Position numbers and translations under genes: made by a program. Of a stretch of 64,000 bases of DNA, positions 20,236 through 29,511 are shown one piece after another. The DNA comes from Kiloniellales bacterium (GTDB lineage Bacteria > Pseudomonadota > Alphaproteobacteria > Kiloniellales > J153), in contig DASWJP010000004.1 in assembly GCA_036397065.1 (NCBI GenBank), positions 8,439 to 72,438 on the forward strand, read 5' to 3'. Numbering within the stretch: the stretch's first letter is position 1; each line of letters opens with the position of its first letter. The notes beneath the pieces are model-generated. The model searched no databases and was not told the origin of the DNA. It saw only the letters and a list, made by a program, of their open reading frames with translations.

Positions 20236-21264
20236 ATGAAGCGCATCTTCTCGGGCGTGCAGCCCACCGGCAATCTGCACCTGGGCAACTACCTGGGTGC
20301 GATCCGCAATTTCGTCCCCTTGCAGGACGGCTATGACTGCATCTATTGCGTGGTCGATCTGCACGCCATCACCGTCTGGCAGGACCCGGCGATCCTCAAG
20401 GCCAACACGCGCGAAGTAACGGCGGCGTATCTGGCCGCCGGCATCGATCCGAAACGCTCCATCATCTTCAATCAAAGCCAGGTGCCGGCCCATGCCGAGC
20501 TGGCCTGGATCTTCAACTGCGTGGCCCGTCTGGGCTGGCTCAACCGGATGACCCAGTTCAAGGAAAAGGCGGGCAAGCACCGGGAGAACGCCAGCGTCGG
20601 CCTGTATGCCTATCCCAGCCTCATGGCCGCCGACATCCTGGCCTACAAGGCGACCCACGTGCCGGTGGGCGAGGATCAGAAGCAGCATCTGGAGCTGACC
20701 CGCGATATCGCGCAGAAGTTCAACGCCGACTTCAAGGTAAACCTGTTTCCCCTGCCCGAGCCCTTGATCCTGGGCGCGGCGACGCGGGTCATGTCCCTGC
20801 GCGACGGGGCGAAGAAGATGAGCAAGTCGGATCCCTCCGACTACAGCCGCATCACCATGACCGACGATGCGGATACCATCGCCAAGAAGATTCGCAAGGC
20901 GACCAGCGACCCGGATCTGCTGCCCGGGCCCGACGTGCTCGACGACCAGGGCGCGCTCCCCGATGCGATCCGCCAGGCGCGGCCGGAGGCCTGCAACCTG
21001 CTGGGCATCTATGCGGCCCTGGCGGACAAGCCTCTACAGGCGGTTCTGGACGAGTTTGCCGGCAGTCAGTTTTCCCACTTCAAGGCGGTGCTGACCGATG
21101 TGGCGGTTGCCGCCCTGGGGCCCATCGGGGCCGAGATGAAGCGCCTGTGCGACGATCCCGCGACCATCGATGCGGTCTTGCGCGACGGCGCCGCGCGGGC
21201 CAGCGCCATCGCCGCGCCGGTGCTCGCCGAGGTCCATGACACCGTCGGTTTTCTTCGTCCCTAA
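20236..21264 (+). CDS. trpS: tryptophan--tRNA ligase
   Basis: Class I motifs: [16 protein letters not shown] (HIGH-type) and KMSKS. Confidence 0.95.
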   Translation: MKRIFSGVQPTGNLHLGNYLGAIRNFVPLQDGYDCIYCVVDLHAITVWQDPAILKANTREVTAAYLAAGIDPKRSIIFNQSQVPAHAELAWIFNCVARLGWLNRMTQFKEKAGKHRENASVGLYAYPSLMAADILAYKATHVPVGEDQKQHLELTRDIAQKFNADFKVNLFPLPEPLILGAATRVMSLRDGAKKMSKSDPSDYSRITMTDDADTIAKKIRKATSDPDLLPGPDVLDDQGALPDAIRQARPEACNLLGIYAALADKPLQAVLDEFAGSQFSHFKAVLTDVAVAALGPIGAEMKRLCDDPATIDAVLRDGAARASAIAAPVLAEVHDTVGFLRP

Positions 21265-21423
21265 TCCTACGCCCCTGAGCCGGCGTAAAATTTTCCCCTT
21301 AGGGCGTTGGCCTTCGCGGGGAATCGGCGTTAGTGTGTGGCCGACCGCCGCCGCCCGCACGTGGCGGCAAAACTAACTCCGGCTTACGAAGCCTCATGAT
21401 TCCACGCCGCTGATCGCCGGGCG

Positions 21424-22338
21424 ATGCAGATCTACCTGCCCATTGCCGAAATGTCGGTGAACGTTTTTCTGCTGCTCGGCATGGGCGGCGGCATCGGGTT
21501 TCTCTCGGGTCTGTTCGGTGTCGGCGGCGGCTTTCTGATGACGCCGCTGCTCATTTTCATCGGCGTGCCGCCGGCGGTGGCGGTGGGCACGGAAGCCAAC
21601 CAGATCGTCGCCTCGTCGGTCTCCGGCGTGCTCGCCCACTGGCGCCGCGGCAACGTCGATTTCAAGATGGGGTTCGTGCTGCTGTTGGGCGGCTTTGCCG
21701 GCTCGACCATGGGCGTCCTGTTGTTCTCGTTCCTGCGCGGGCTTGGGCAGATCGATTTGGTGATCTCGCTCTCCTACGTCATCTTCCTCGGCATCATCGG
21801 CATCATGATGTTCTACGAGGGCGTGCGCACCATGCGCCGGCGTAAATCTGCCTCGGCGATGCGCCGCAAGCTGCATCAGCACAACTGGATTCACGGCCTG
21901 CCGCTGAAGATGCGCTTTCGCCGGTCGAAGCTGTACATCTCGGCGCTGATGCCGCTGGCCATCGGTTTCCTGGTCGGCGTGCTCTCGGCCATCATGGGTG
22001 TGGGTGGCGGCTTCATCATGGTGCCGGCGATGATCTATATGCTCGGCATGCCCACCTCGGTGGTCATCGGCACGTCGCTGTTCCAGATCATCTTCGTCAC
22101 TGCCAACGTGACGTTCCTGCAGGCCTACGCCAATCAGACCGTCGATGTGGTGCTGGCCTTGCTGCTGCTCACCGGGGCGGTGATCGGCGCCCAGTTCGGC
22201 GCCCGCGCCGGGGCCCGCCTGCAGGGCGAGGAGTTGCGCGTTCTGCTCGCCCTCATGGTGCTCGCCGTCTGCGCCAAGCTGTTCTACGATCTGCTGATCA
22301 CGCCCGTCGACATCTACTCCCTGGGGGTGGGGCAATGA
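21424..22338 (+). CDS. TauE/SafE family anion (sulfite-type) exporter
   Basis: Polytopic protein with duplicated GxGGGxxxxPxL motifs (GLFGVGGGFLMTPLLIF and IMGVGGGFIMVPAMIYM). Confidence 0.8.
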   Translation: MQIYLPIAEMSVNVFLLLGMGGGIGFLSGLFGVGGGFLMTPLLIFIGVPPAVAVGTEANQIVASSVSGVLAHWRRGNVDFKMGFVLLLGGFAGSTMGVLLFSFLRGLGQIDLVISLSYVIFLGIIGIMMFYEGVRTMRRRKSASAMRRKLHQHNWIHGLPLKMRFRRSKLYISALMPLAIGFLVGVLSAIMGVGGGFIMVPAMIYMLGMPTSVVIGTSLFQIIFVTANVTFLQAYANQTVDVVLALLLLTGAVIGAQFGARAGARLQGEELRVLLALMVLAVCAKLFYDLLITPVDIYSLGVGQ

Positions 22339-23084
22339 GCCGCAACGCCGCCCGATTGGTGCTCGTCACTGCGGTTGTCCTGACCCTCTCCGCGTCCAGC
22401 CGGGCGGATTCCCTGGTCGCCGATCTGTCGCAGCATCTGGTCGGCATCACCACCGGCTTTTCCGGCGCCGATGTCCTGTTGTTCGGCGCGGTCGAGGGGC
22501 AGGGCGACGTGGTGGTCATCACCCGCGGTCCGGACCGGCCCGTGGTCATGCACCGCAAGAGCCGGATTCTCGGGGTGTGGGTCAACACCGCCTCCATGAC
22601 CTTCGATCGGGCGCCAAGCTTCTACAGCATCGCCAGCTCTCGGCCGCTGGAGGAGATCGCGCCGGCGACCGTGCTGGCCCGCCACGAAATGGGCATCGAG
22701 CATATGCGGCTCGAACTGGCCCGCGCCAAGGCCTCGCCGAACGTCGCGGCGGAATGGCGCGACGGGTTGATTCGCAACCTGCAAAGACAGGGCCTGTATG
22801 CCAACGCCGTGCGCAATGTGACCTTCCTCGGCAACCGCCTGTTTCGCACCCGCATCACCCTGCCGGCGAACGTGCCGACGGGCACCTATCAAGTGCAGGT
22901 CTTTCTGATTCAGGATGGCCGCGTCGTTTCCGGTCAAACCACGCCCTTGAGCGTCAGCAAGGTGGGCGGCGAGGCCGTGGTCTTCGACTTCGCCCACAAC
23001 CACCCGCCGCTGTATGGGCTGATTGCGATTGCCCTGGCATTGGTGGCAGGATGGCTGGCTCACCTCGCCTTCCGGAAAGCCTGA
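22335..23084 (+). CDS. Alph_Pro_TM / TIGR02186-family protein (signal peptide + C-terminal TM anchor), function unknown
   Basis: Signal peptide MSRNAARLVLVTAVVLTLSASSRA. The conserved-looking core is DLSQHLVGITTGFSGADVLLFGAVEG...VVITRGP, and the C-terminal TM is LYGLIAIALALVAGWLAHLAF. The ATGA start overlaps the TauE stop. Confidence 0.7.
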   Translation: MSRNAARLVLVTAVVLTLSASSRADSLVADLSQHLVGITTGFSGADVLLFGAVEGQGDVVVITRGPDRPVVMHRKSRILGVWVNTASMTFDRAPSFYSIASSRPLEEIAPATVLARHEMGIEHMRLELARAKASPNVAAEWRDGLIRNLQRQGLYANAVRNVTFLGNRLFRTRITLPANVPTGTYQVQVFLIQDGRVVSGQTTPLSVSKVGGEAVVFDFAHNHPPLYGLIAIALALVAGWLAHLAFRKA

Positions 23085-23091
23085 TGCCGCC

Positions 23092-23589
23092 ATGAGCGAT
23101 AGCGATACCGCGAAACCTGCCGACTTCAAGGACCGTGTCTTCCTGGTCGTCGTCGACGAGACCGAGGAGATGCAGGTGGCCTTGCGCTTCGCCTGCCTGC
23201 GTGCGCGGCGCACCGGCGGGCGCGTGGCTTTGCTCTATGTCATCGAGCCGGCGGATTTTCAGCACTGGCGGGCGGTCGAGGAGCTGATGCGCGAAGAGGC
23301 CCGGAGCGAAGGCGAACAGTTGCTCCAGCGCCTGGCGGCCCAGGTCAACGATCTGGTCGGCGCCATCCCCATCCTCTATGTGCGCGAGGGCAAGGTGGGC
23401 GACGAGCTGTTCAAGCTGCTCGACGAGGAGCCGCAGATTTCCATCCTGGTCCTCGGCGCCAATACGGGCAACCGCGGCCCCGGGCCGCTGGTCTCGTCCC
23501 TGGCCGGCAAGATGGTCGGCAAATTGCGGGTGCCGGTCACCATCGTGCCCGGCAATCTCAGCGACGAGGCCATCGACAGCATCACATAG
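23092..23589 (+). CDS. universal stress protein (UspA family)
   Basis: Usp fold signature: VFLVVVDETEEMQVALRFA...LLYVIEP ... ILVLGANTGNRGPGPLVSSLAGKMVGKLRVPVTIVPG. The start is 8 nt after the preceding stop. Confidence 0.8.
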   Translation: MSDSDTAKPADFKDRVFLVVVDETEEMQVALRFACLRARRTGGRVALLYVIEPADFQHWRAVEELMREEARSEGEQLLQRLAAQVNDLVGAIPILYVREGKVGDELFKLLDEEPQISILVLGANTGNRGPGPLVSSLAGKMVGKLRVPVTIVPGNLSDEAIDSIT

Positions 23590-23668
23590 GGCCCTGACCC
23601 GGCTTGAAGTTACCGCCCGGACGGCTCACATTAGGGACAGGCTCCCACCACCCAGGAGGGCGGAATAC

Positions 23669-24226
23669 GTGTTTATTCAGACGGAACAGACGCCAAATCC
23701 GGCGACCTTGAAGTTTCTCCCCGGCCGCGAAGTCCTTGGCGCCGGTACCGCCGATTTCACCACTGCCGAGGCGGCGGTCCATTCGCCCCTGGCCCAGCGC
23801 CTGTTCGCCATCCAGGGGGTCAGCGGCGTCTTTCTGGGCGCCGATTTCATCACGGTCAGCAAGGCCGACGGGCGGGAATGGCACCTGCTCAAGCCGGCCA
23901 TCCTGGGCGTGGTCATGGAACACTTCACCGCCGGCCGGCCGGTTCTGACCGCCCCGGCCAGCGCCGCCGCGGAAGAGAACGTGGCCGAGGAGGACCGGGA
24001 AGTGGTCGCCCAGATCAAGGAATTGCTCGATACCCGGGTGCGCCCGGCGGTGGCCCAGGACGGCGGCGACATCGTCTTCCAGGGCTATGACAAGGGCGTG
24101 GTCTTCCTGCACATGCAGGGGGCGTGCGCCGGTTGTCCGTCCTCGACGGCGACCTTGAAGATGGGCATCGAGAACATGCTGCGTCACTACATCCCGGAAG
24201 TGGTCGAGGTCCGCGCCGCCCAATAG
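23669..24226 (+). CDS. NifU/Nfu-type Fe-S cluster carrier (Nfu_N + NifU C-terminal domain)
   Basis: GTG start with AGGAGGG 8 nt upstream. FIQTEQTPNPATLKFLPG forms the Nfu N-domain. The C-terminal domain carries CxxC (GACAGCPSSTATLKMGIENML). Confidence 0.85.
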   Translation: MFIQTEQTPNPATLKFLPGREVLGAGTADFTTAEAAVHSPLAQRLFAIQGVSGVFLGADFITVSKADGREWHLLKPAILGVVMEHFTAGRPVLTAPASAAAEENVAEEDREVVAQIKELLDTRVRPAVAQDGGDIVFQGYDKGVVFLHMQGACAGCPSSTATLKMGIENMLRHYIPEVVEVRAAQ

Positions 24227-24239
24227 GCGGGCGCCATCC

Positions 24240-25376
24240 TTACGGCAGCATATAGAACTGCGTCCCGAACCAGCGCCAGCGGCCATCGGGCCCCGGCATG
24301 GTGCAATTGATGCGCGCCCGCCCGGGGCGCAACGGTTGTGCCAGGCGCACCTCGATGCGCCGCTCGCCCAGACGCTCCAGGGTGATTTGCCCGGTGCTGG
24401 CGAAGCAGTTCAGGGCCGCGATGCCCGACACACTCTCATCCCCCGACACACTCTCATCCACGGTAAAGCCGAACGGCGGCGGGTTGGCCGCGGGCCGAAT
24501 CAGAAAATCGGCGGGGGTCACATCGCGCACCGGCAGCGGCAACGAATTCACCGCCAAACGAAACCGGTCCATGTCACCGTACGTCTCGTTGAAGGGATAG
24601 CGCGGCATGGCAAAGGGATCGCCGGTGCGGGCAATCGCCCCCGACTGCTGGCCGAAGGCGGCGGCAAACCCCGACTGGGCCACCAGATCGCGCAGCGCCC
24701 GGCCGTATTCGCCGTAGGTATAGGCGAACAGCGCCGGCTCCTGGCGCAGCTCCTGCTGAAACCGCGCCGTGGCGGCGGCCAGCTCGGCCCGGTTCGCTGC
24801 CGCCGATTGCCCCACCATATGCTCGTGATCGACGCCGTGATGGCCGATGGTCACCAGACCGCTGGCGGTCATCTCGCGGATCTGGTCCCAATTCATATAG
24901 CCGCGCAGGCCCCGGTCGATGGCGCCGGTGGCGACGAACAGGGTGAAGGGCAGTTTCGCGGCCAGCAGGCGCGGCCATGCCTCGGCGTAGACCGAGGCAA
25001 AGGCATCGTCGATGGAAATGCCCACGGTGCGATCCGGCAACGCCCGGCCCTCCTTCAAGGCGGCGACGATTTCCGGCACCGGCAGGACCGTATAGCGGCC
25101 CGATGTCAGCTCGGCGATGTGCGCCTCGAATTGTTCCAGGCGGATGTTGGTGGACGGCAGGTTCGATTCGCCGAAGCGGTGGTACATCACCACCACCGCG
25201 CCGTTATCCAGCGGCACCTGGGCGATCGCCGACCCGGCCAAGCCAACCATGCCAAGGACGAGTGAGGCGGCCAGGACGCCCCTGCGGTATCGCTGGGATA
25301 TCTTGGCCGTTAGTGTATCGAATCGCCCTGTCGTGGGCCGGTCATCTGTCACGTCTCCGCGTCCCCCCCTTGCCAT
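24240..25376 (-). CDS. polysaccharide deacetylase (NodB homology) family protein with extra C-terminal domain
   Basis: VVMYHRFGE... [10 protein letters not shown] ... HHGVDHEHM NodB-type motifs and an N-terminal signal/TM segment. It contains an in-frame DESVSG duplication. Confidence 0.8.
   Translation of the reverse strand: MARGGRGDVTDDRPTTGRFDTLTAKISQRYRRGVLAASLVLGMVGLAGSAIAQVPLDNGAVVVMYHRFGESNLPSTNIRLEQFEAHIAELTSGRYTVLPVPEIVAALKEGRALPDRTVGISIDDAFASVYAEAWPRLLAAKLPFTLFVATGAIDRGLRGYMNWDQIREMTASGLVTIGHHGVDHEHMVGQSAAANRAELAAATARFQQELRQEPALFAYTYGEYGRALRDLVAQSGFAAAFGQQSGAIARTGDPFAMPRYPFNETYGDMDRFRLAVNSLPLPVRDVTPADFLIRPAANPPPFGFTVDESVSGDESVSGIAALNCFASTGQITLERLGERRIEVRLAQPLRPGRARINCTMPGPDGRWRWFGTQFYMLP
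24424..24459. repeat. perfect 18-bp tandem duplication inside the deacetylase gene
   Basis: CCCGACACACTCTCATCC occurs twice in tandem (24424-24441 and 24442-24459), encoding [12 protein letters not shown] on the minus strand. Confidence 0.9.
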
Positions 25377-25507
25377 GCCCGCGTCGTCCTGGGAGTCTAT
25401 CGCTCCCAGGGGTTGCCGCTCAAGGTGCCATTGCCGGCGTCATGTCCGGCGCGGATCACCGCCGGGGTCACCCGAGATTCGATGTCACAGTTGAAAGAGA
25501 GGTCATC

Positions 25508-26098
25508 GTGGACAAGACCCTGAACGATTCGGCGCTGGATACCCTCTTCCGCGAGGCGCGCACCCACCGGGCCTGGCAGGACCGGGAGGTCGGCGACGAC
25601 GTGCTCCATGCGGTCTATGACTTGGCCAAGATGGCGCCGACCAGCGGCAACTGCTCGCCCATGCGGGTGCTGTTCGTCAAATCCGCCGAAGCCAAGGCGC
25701 GTCTGCGTCCCGCATTGGACAAGGGCAATGTGGCGAAAACCATGGCCGCACCGGCAACCGCGATCATCGCCTATGATCTGGAGTTCTACGATCACCTGCC
25801 GCGCTTGGCGCCGCATATGGATGCGCGCGCCTTGTTTGTCGGCAACGATCCATTGATCCAGGAAACCGCGTTTCGCAACGGTTGCCTGCAAGGGGCCTAT
25901 CTGATCATCGCTGCCCGCGCCCTGGGTCTGGACTGCGGTCCCATGGATGGTTTCGATGCCGCCATGGTCGACCGGGAATTTTTTGCGAACCGCAAGGTCA
26001 AATCCAACTTCCTGTGCAATCTGGGCCATGGGGAGATCAGCAAGGTGCATCCGCGCGCACCCCGCTTCTCCTTCGATGACGTGTGCAAAATCCTCTAG
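25508..26098 (+). CDS. nitroreductase family protein (RutE / malonic semialdehyde reductase-like)
   Basis: GTG start after AAGAGAGG, 196 codons. [24 protein letters not shown]...[16 protein letters not shown] is typical of the RutE-like nitroreductase subfamily. The upstream part of the track ORF (24977-) is not nitroreductase-like. Confidence 0.8.
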   Translation: MDKTLNDSALDTLFREARTHRAWQDREVGDDVLHAVYDLAKMAPTSGNCSPMRVLFVKSAEAKARLRPALDKGNVAKTMAAPATAIIAYDLEFYDHLPRLAPHMDARALFVGNDPLIQETAFRNGCLQGAYLIIAARALGLDCGPMDGFDAAMVDREFFANRKVKSNFLCNLGHGEISKVHPRAPRFSFDDVCKIL

Positions 26099-26129
26099 AC
26101 CCGCCATCTGGGGCGGAGGTCTAGCCGCC

Positions 26130-26885
26130 ATGGCAAAGCATCTCCCCGGGTCCGGGTGCGCGCGCTGTCTGCTCGCCCTCGATGCGGCGGGTGCGGCCTG
26201 CTCGGCGGCGGTGTGGCGCGACGGCCGGGTTGCCGCCCGCCGCTTCGCCGCCATGGGTCGCGGCCAGTCGGAGCATCTGCTGCCCATGATCGAGGCGGTC
26301 ATGGCCGAGGCCGCCGTCGATTACGAGGCCCTGGAGGCGGTGGCGGTGACCGTCGGGCCGGGCGGCTTTACCGGTGTGCGCATCGGCCTGGCGGCGGCCC
26401 GCGGCCTGGCCCTGGCCTGGCGCACGCCGCTCATCGGCATCAGCAATTTCGCCGCCGTGGCGGCGGCTGTGCCGGTGGCCGAGGGTACGGGCCGGACCTT
26501 GGTGGTGGTCCTCGACAGCAAACGTCATGAGTCGTATGTGCAGGCCTTTGCACCGATCGGCGATGGCCCGGCGCGGCCGCTTGGGCCTGGTGCCGCCGTT
26601 GCGCCGGATGAGTTGGATGCCTGGTTGCCCGCCGGACCGGTGCTGCTGGCCGGCGATGGGCTGCAGCCGGCCTTGGCCGTTCTGCAGGCGGTAGGGCGGG
26701 ATGCCCGTGCCGCCACGTCGCCGGGTTGGACCGATGCCGCGCAGGTGGCCAGGCTCGCCGCCGCCCAGCCACTGCCGGGACCGCAGGCGCCACCCCCGCG
26801 GCCGCTTTACCTGCGGGCGCCGGATGTGACCGTGCCGACGGTGAACCCGCCGAATGCAAGCCCGCCGGGCCGGCCGGCCCGATGA
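26130..26885 (+). CDS. tsaB: tRNA t6A37 biosynthesis protein TsaB
   Basis: LLALDAAGAACSAAVW...GQSEHLLPMIEAVMAEA...LEAVAVTVGPGGFTGVRIGLAAARGLA, followed by a coupled rimI. Confidence 0.85.
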   Translation: MAKHLPGSGCARCLLALDAAGAACSAAVWRDGRVAARRFAAMGRGQSEHLLPMIEAVMAEAAVDYEALEAVAVTVGPGGFTGVRIGLAAARGLALAWRTPLIGISNFAAVAAAVPVAEGTGRTLVVVLDSKRHESYVQAFAPIGDGPARPLGPGAAVAPDELDAWLPAGPVLLAGDGLQPALAVLQAVGRDARAATSPGWTDAAQVARLAAAQPLPGPQAPPPRPLYLRAPDVTVPTVNPPNASPPGRPAR

Positions 26886-27385
26886 GCGTGCTTGCCGCGC
26901 CCGGCTTCGCCCTTCGCCCGGTCAGCCCGTTCGATGTCACGCTGATTGCCGCCCTGCATGCCGATAGTTTCACCGGCCTAACGGCCGGGCAGGTGTGGGA
27001 TGCCAAGGCGGTGGCGGAAATTCTCGCCATGCCGGGGGCCTATGGGCTGCTCGCCAGCGCCGAGACAGCTCCCTCCATGGCCCCCGTGCCCGTCGGCTTC
27101 CTGCTCGGCCAGAGTGTCGCCGGGACCGGCGAGATCCTCTCCTTGGGCATGGCCCGGGCCTGGCGCCGCCGGGGCGGTGCCCGCCTGCTGCTGCGCGCCG
27201 CCATCGACCAAGCCTCGGAAGCCGCCCTCTCCCGCCTGTTCCTGGAGGTTGCCGAGGACAACGAGGCGGCTCTCGCCCTCTATGCCGCCGAGGGATTTTC
27301 CCCCATCGCCCGCCGCCCGGCCTACTACCAGCGGGCGCAAGGCCCATCGGCCAGCGCCCTGGTTCTGGCCCGCGACCTCGCCTAG
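26882..27385 (+). CDS. rimI: ribosomal-protein-alanine N-acetyltransferase RimI (GNAT)
   Basis: GNAT acetyl-CoA motif (LGMARAWRRRGGARLLL) and the conserved tsaB-rimI pairing. The ATGA start overlaps the tsaB stop. Confidence 0.8.
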   Translation: MSVLAAPGFALRPVSPFDVTLIAALHADSFTGLTAGQVWDAKAVAEILAMPGAYGLLASAETAPSMAPVPVGFLLGQSVAGTGEILSLGMARAWRRRGGARLLLRAAIDQASEAALSRLFLEVAEDNEAALALYAAEGFSPIARRPAYYQRAQGPSASALVLARDLA

Positions 27386-27625
27386 GCCGAACTGACGACC
27401 GATACGACTTTGCTTCGTTTTGTTGGCATTTTTAACGAACAGGAGGTTTCTATTGGTCGCGTTGCCACAGAAATCAATGAATTAACCATATTCGAGCAGA
27501 AGTTTTTTGTCCGCTGAATGATCTCCGCTTGGGTGACTACTGGTCCCGAAGCATTATTATTGTTGCTTTGCCCGAATAGCGAACTTATATAGAGACCAGA
27601 CAAACAAAACGGACAAGAAACCATA

Positions 27626-28042
27626 ATGACCGAGCAAGCTAAACCCAGCGAACTGTTGGCGTTGACGACCAATATCGTCGCTGCACATGTGGCGAACAAT
27701 TCCGTGGCCGTGGCCGATTTGCCGCGATTGATCCGCGATGTACACGAAACCTTGACCAGTGTTGGCGGCGCCGGCCCGCGCGAGCCCGAGCGGCCGACCC
27801 CGGCGGTTCCCGTCAAGAAGTCCGTGACGCCGGACTATGTTGTGTGCCTGGAAGACGGCAAAAAGCTGAAGATGCTCAAACGGCATCTGAAGACAGCCTA
27901 CAACATGACACCGGATGAATACCGCGATCGCTGGGGCCTGGGCGCCGACTATCCGATGGTCGCGCCGAATTACGCCAAGCAGCGCAGCCGGTTGGCCAAG
28001 CAAATCGGCTTGGGCACGCGGGCGCGGCGCAAGAAGGCATAA
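27626..28042 (+). CDS. mucR: MucR/Ros family transcriptional regulator
   Basis: ELLALTTNIVAAHVANNSV... and a Ros-type finger region VVCLEDGKKLKMLKRHLKTAYNMTPDEYRDRWGL...DYPMVAPNYAKQRSRLAKQIGLG. It is preceded by a 240-nt AT-rich spacer. Confidence 0.9.
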   Translation: MTEQAKPSELLALTTNIVAAHVANNSVAVADLPRLIRDVHETLTSVGGAGPREPERPTPAVPVKKSVTPDYVVCLEDGKKLKMLKRHLKTAYNMTPDEYRDRWGLGADYPMVAPNYAKQRSRLAKQIGLGTRARRKKA

Positions 28043-28143
28043 GGGCCCGTACCGGGCCGCCGGCCCCACGTTGTTCCGTTGTGGGCGGCGGCCGTCTTGT
28101 CCGCTATACTGGCCGTTGACGACGATTGAACGTCACCGGAGAT

Positions 28144-28623
28144 ATGGCCTCGCTTCTCGAACGGCTCTGCAAGGAAAAGGGACTGAAGATGACCGGCCAG
28201 CGGCGGGTCATCGCACAGATCCTGTCGGACTCCGGCGATCATCCGGATGTGGAGACGCTGTACCAGCGCGCGGCTCTTGTCGATCCGCGGATTTCCATTG
28301 CCACGGTCTATCGGACGGTCAAGCTTTTCGAACAGGCCAATATTCTCACCCGCCACGACTTCGGCGACGGGCGCGCGCGGTATGAAACGGTGGCGCCCGA
28401 ACACCACGATCACTTGATCGATACGGCCACCGGCCAGGTCATCGAATTCCGCAACGACGAGATCGAACGTCTGCAGCGGGAAGCGGCCCGGGTCTTGGGT
28501 TATCGGCTCGTCGGCCATCGCCTGGAGCTGTTTGGGGTTCGTATTGAAGACAAGAAAGCCAAGCCGGCCAAGGCATCCCGGCGTTCCGGGAACGGCTCGC
28601 CAAGCGGCGGCGGGACCGGCTAA
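28144..28623 (+). CDS. fur: Fur family regulator (alphaproteobacterial Fur/Mur type)
   Basis: LCKEKGLKMTGQRRVIAQILSDSGDHPDVETLY...ISIATVYRTVKLFEQANILTRHDFGDGRARYET..EHHDHLID closely resembles rhizobial Mur/Fur. ATG 28144 follows GGAGA; the track ORF starts at TTG 28126. Confidence 0.88.
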   Translation: MASLLERLCKEKGLKMTGQRRVIAQILSDSGDHPDVETLYQRAALVDPRISIATVYRTVKLFEQANILTRHDFGDGRARYETVAPEHHDHLIDTATGQVIEFRNDEIERLQREAARVLGYRLVGHRLELFGVRIEDKKAKPAKASRRSGNGSPSGGGTG

Positions 28624-28678
28624 GATCGGTGCGTATCGCCGAGTGCCCGGGAACCGCCCGCAAAGGAAGCGCGCCGCG

Positions 28679-29506
28679 ATGGCCGTACTCGATTTAAACC
28701 GAGACAGGCTGGTCGACGTCCGGGTCGGCGATTTGCGCCTGCGTTTGGCGGAAACCGAGGCCGAGGTCGAGGCCGCGCAGAGTTTACGCTACCGTATCTT
28801 CTACGAATCCATGGCGGCACGGCCGACTCCGGAAATGGCGGCGGCGCGCCGCGACTTCGATTCCTTCGACGAGTATTGCGATCATCTTCTGGTTTTCGAT
28901 ACACGCCGCGGCGACGGGCCGGAGGCGGTGATCGGCACCTACCGGGTGATGCGCCGGCCGGCGGCCGCGGAACGCGGCCAGTTCTATTCCGCCGACGAAT
29001 TCGATATTTCCAACCTGTTGGCCTACCCGGGAGAAATCCTGGAGCTGGGCCGCTCGTGCATCGATGCGGCGTACCGCACGGGCACGACCATGCAGTTGCT
29101 CTGGCGCGGCATCGCCGAATACGGTTTGGTCCACCGGATCGAACTGATGTTCGGCTGCGCCAGCCTGCCGGGCATTGATCCGGATCGCCTGGCCGTGCCG
29201 TTGACCTATCTCTATCACCATCACTTGGCGCCGCCGGCGCTCCGGCCCTGGGCAATTCCGGAGCGCTATGTGGCGATGAACCGGATGCCGCCGGAGAGCA
29301 TCGTCCCGCGCCGCGCCTTGCAGACGTTGCCGCCGCTGATCAAAGGCTATCTGCGTCTGGGCGGCTTCGTCGGCGAAGGGGCGGTGGTGGACAGCCAGTT
29401 CGGCACCACGGATGTGTGCATCGTGGTCAAGACCGAACTGGTGACCGACCGCTACTATCGCCACTACACACGGGATGACGCGGACCGGGGCGAGGGTGCC
29501 AGCTGA
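28679..29506 (+). CDS. olsB: ornithine-lipid N-acyltransferase OlsB (GNAT-like)
   Basis: LRLRLAETEAEVEAAQSLRYRIFYESM...FDSFDEYCDHLLVFD...VIGTYRVM is OlsB-like. An OlsA-type acyltransferase follows directly. Confidence 0.8.
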   Translation: MAVLDLNRDRLVDVRVGDLRLRLAETEAEVEAAQSLRYRIFYESMAARPTPEMAAARRDFDSFDEYCDHLLVFDTRRGDGPEAVIGTYRVMRRPAAAERGQFYSADEFDISNLLAYPGEILELGRSCIDAAYRTGTTMQLLWRGIAEYGLVHRIELMFGCASLPGIDPDRLAVPLTYLYHHHLAPPALRPWAIPERYVAMNRMPPESIVPRRALQTLPPLIKGYLRLGGFVGEGAVVDSQFGTTDVCIVVKTELVTDRYYRHYTRDDADRGEGAS

Positions 29507-29511
29507 CCCCG

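Noticed and set aside
21394-22335. 313-aa His/Asp/Glu/Arg/Gln-rich ORF on the - strand
   Set aside because: It is antisense to the TauE permease. The striking charged composition is simply the complement of hydrophobic GC-rich codons.
25397-26302. 301-aa ORF on the - strand spanning the nitroreductase/tsaB junction
   Set aside because: It overlaps two well-supported + strand genes, and it has no SD and no recognisable domain.
27441-27485. AGGAGG followed 6 nt later by a 10-codon TTG-initiated mini-ORF (MVALPQKSMN) in the mucR upstream region
   Set aside because: It is too short, has a non-ATG start and has no supporting structure or conservation information. It is probably a chance SD-like sequence in AT-rich DNA.
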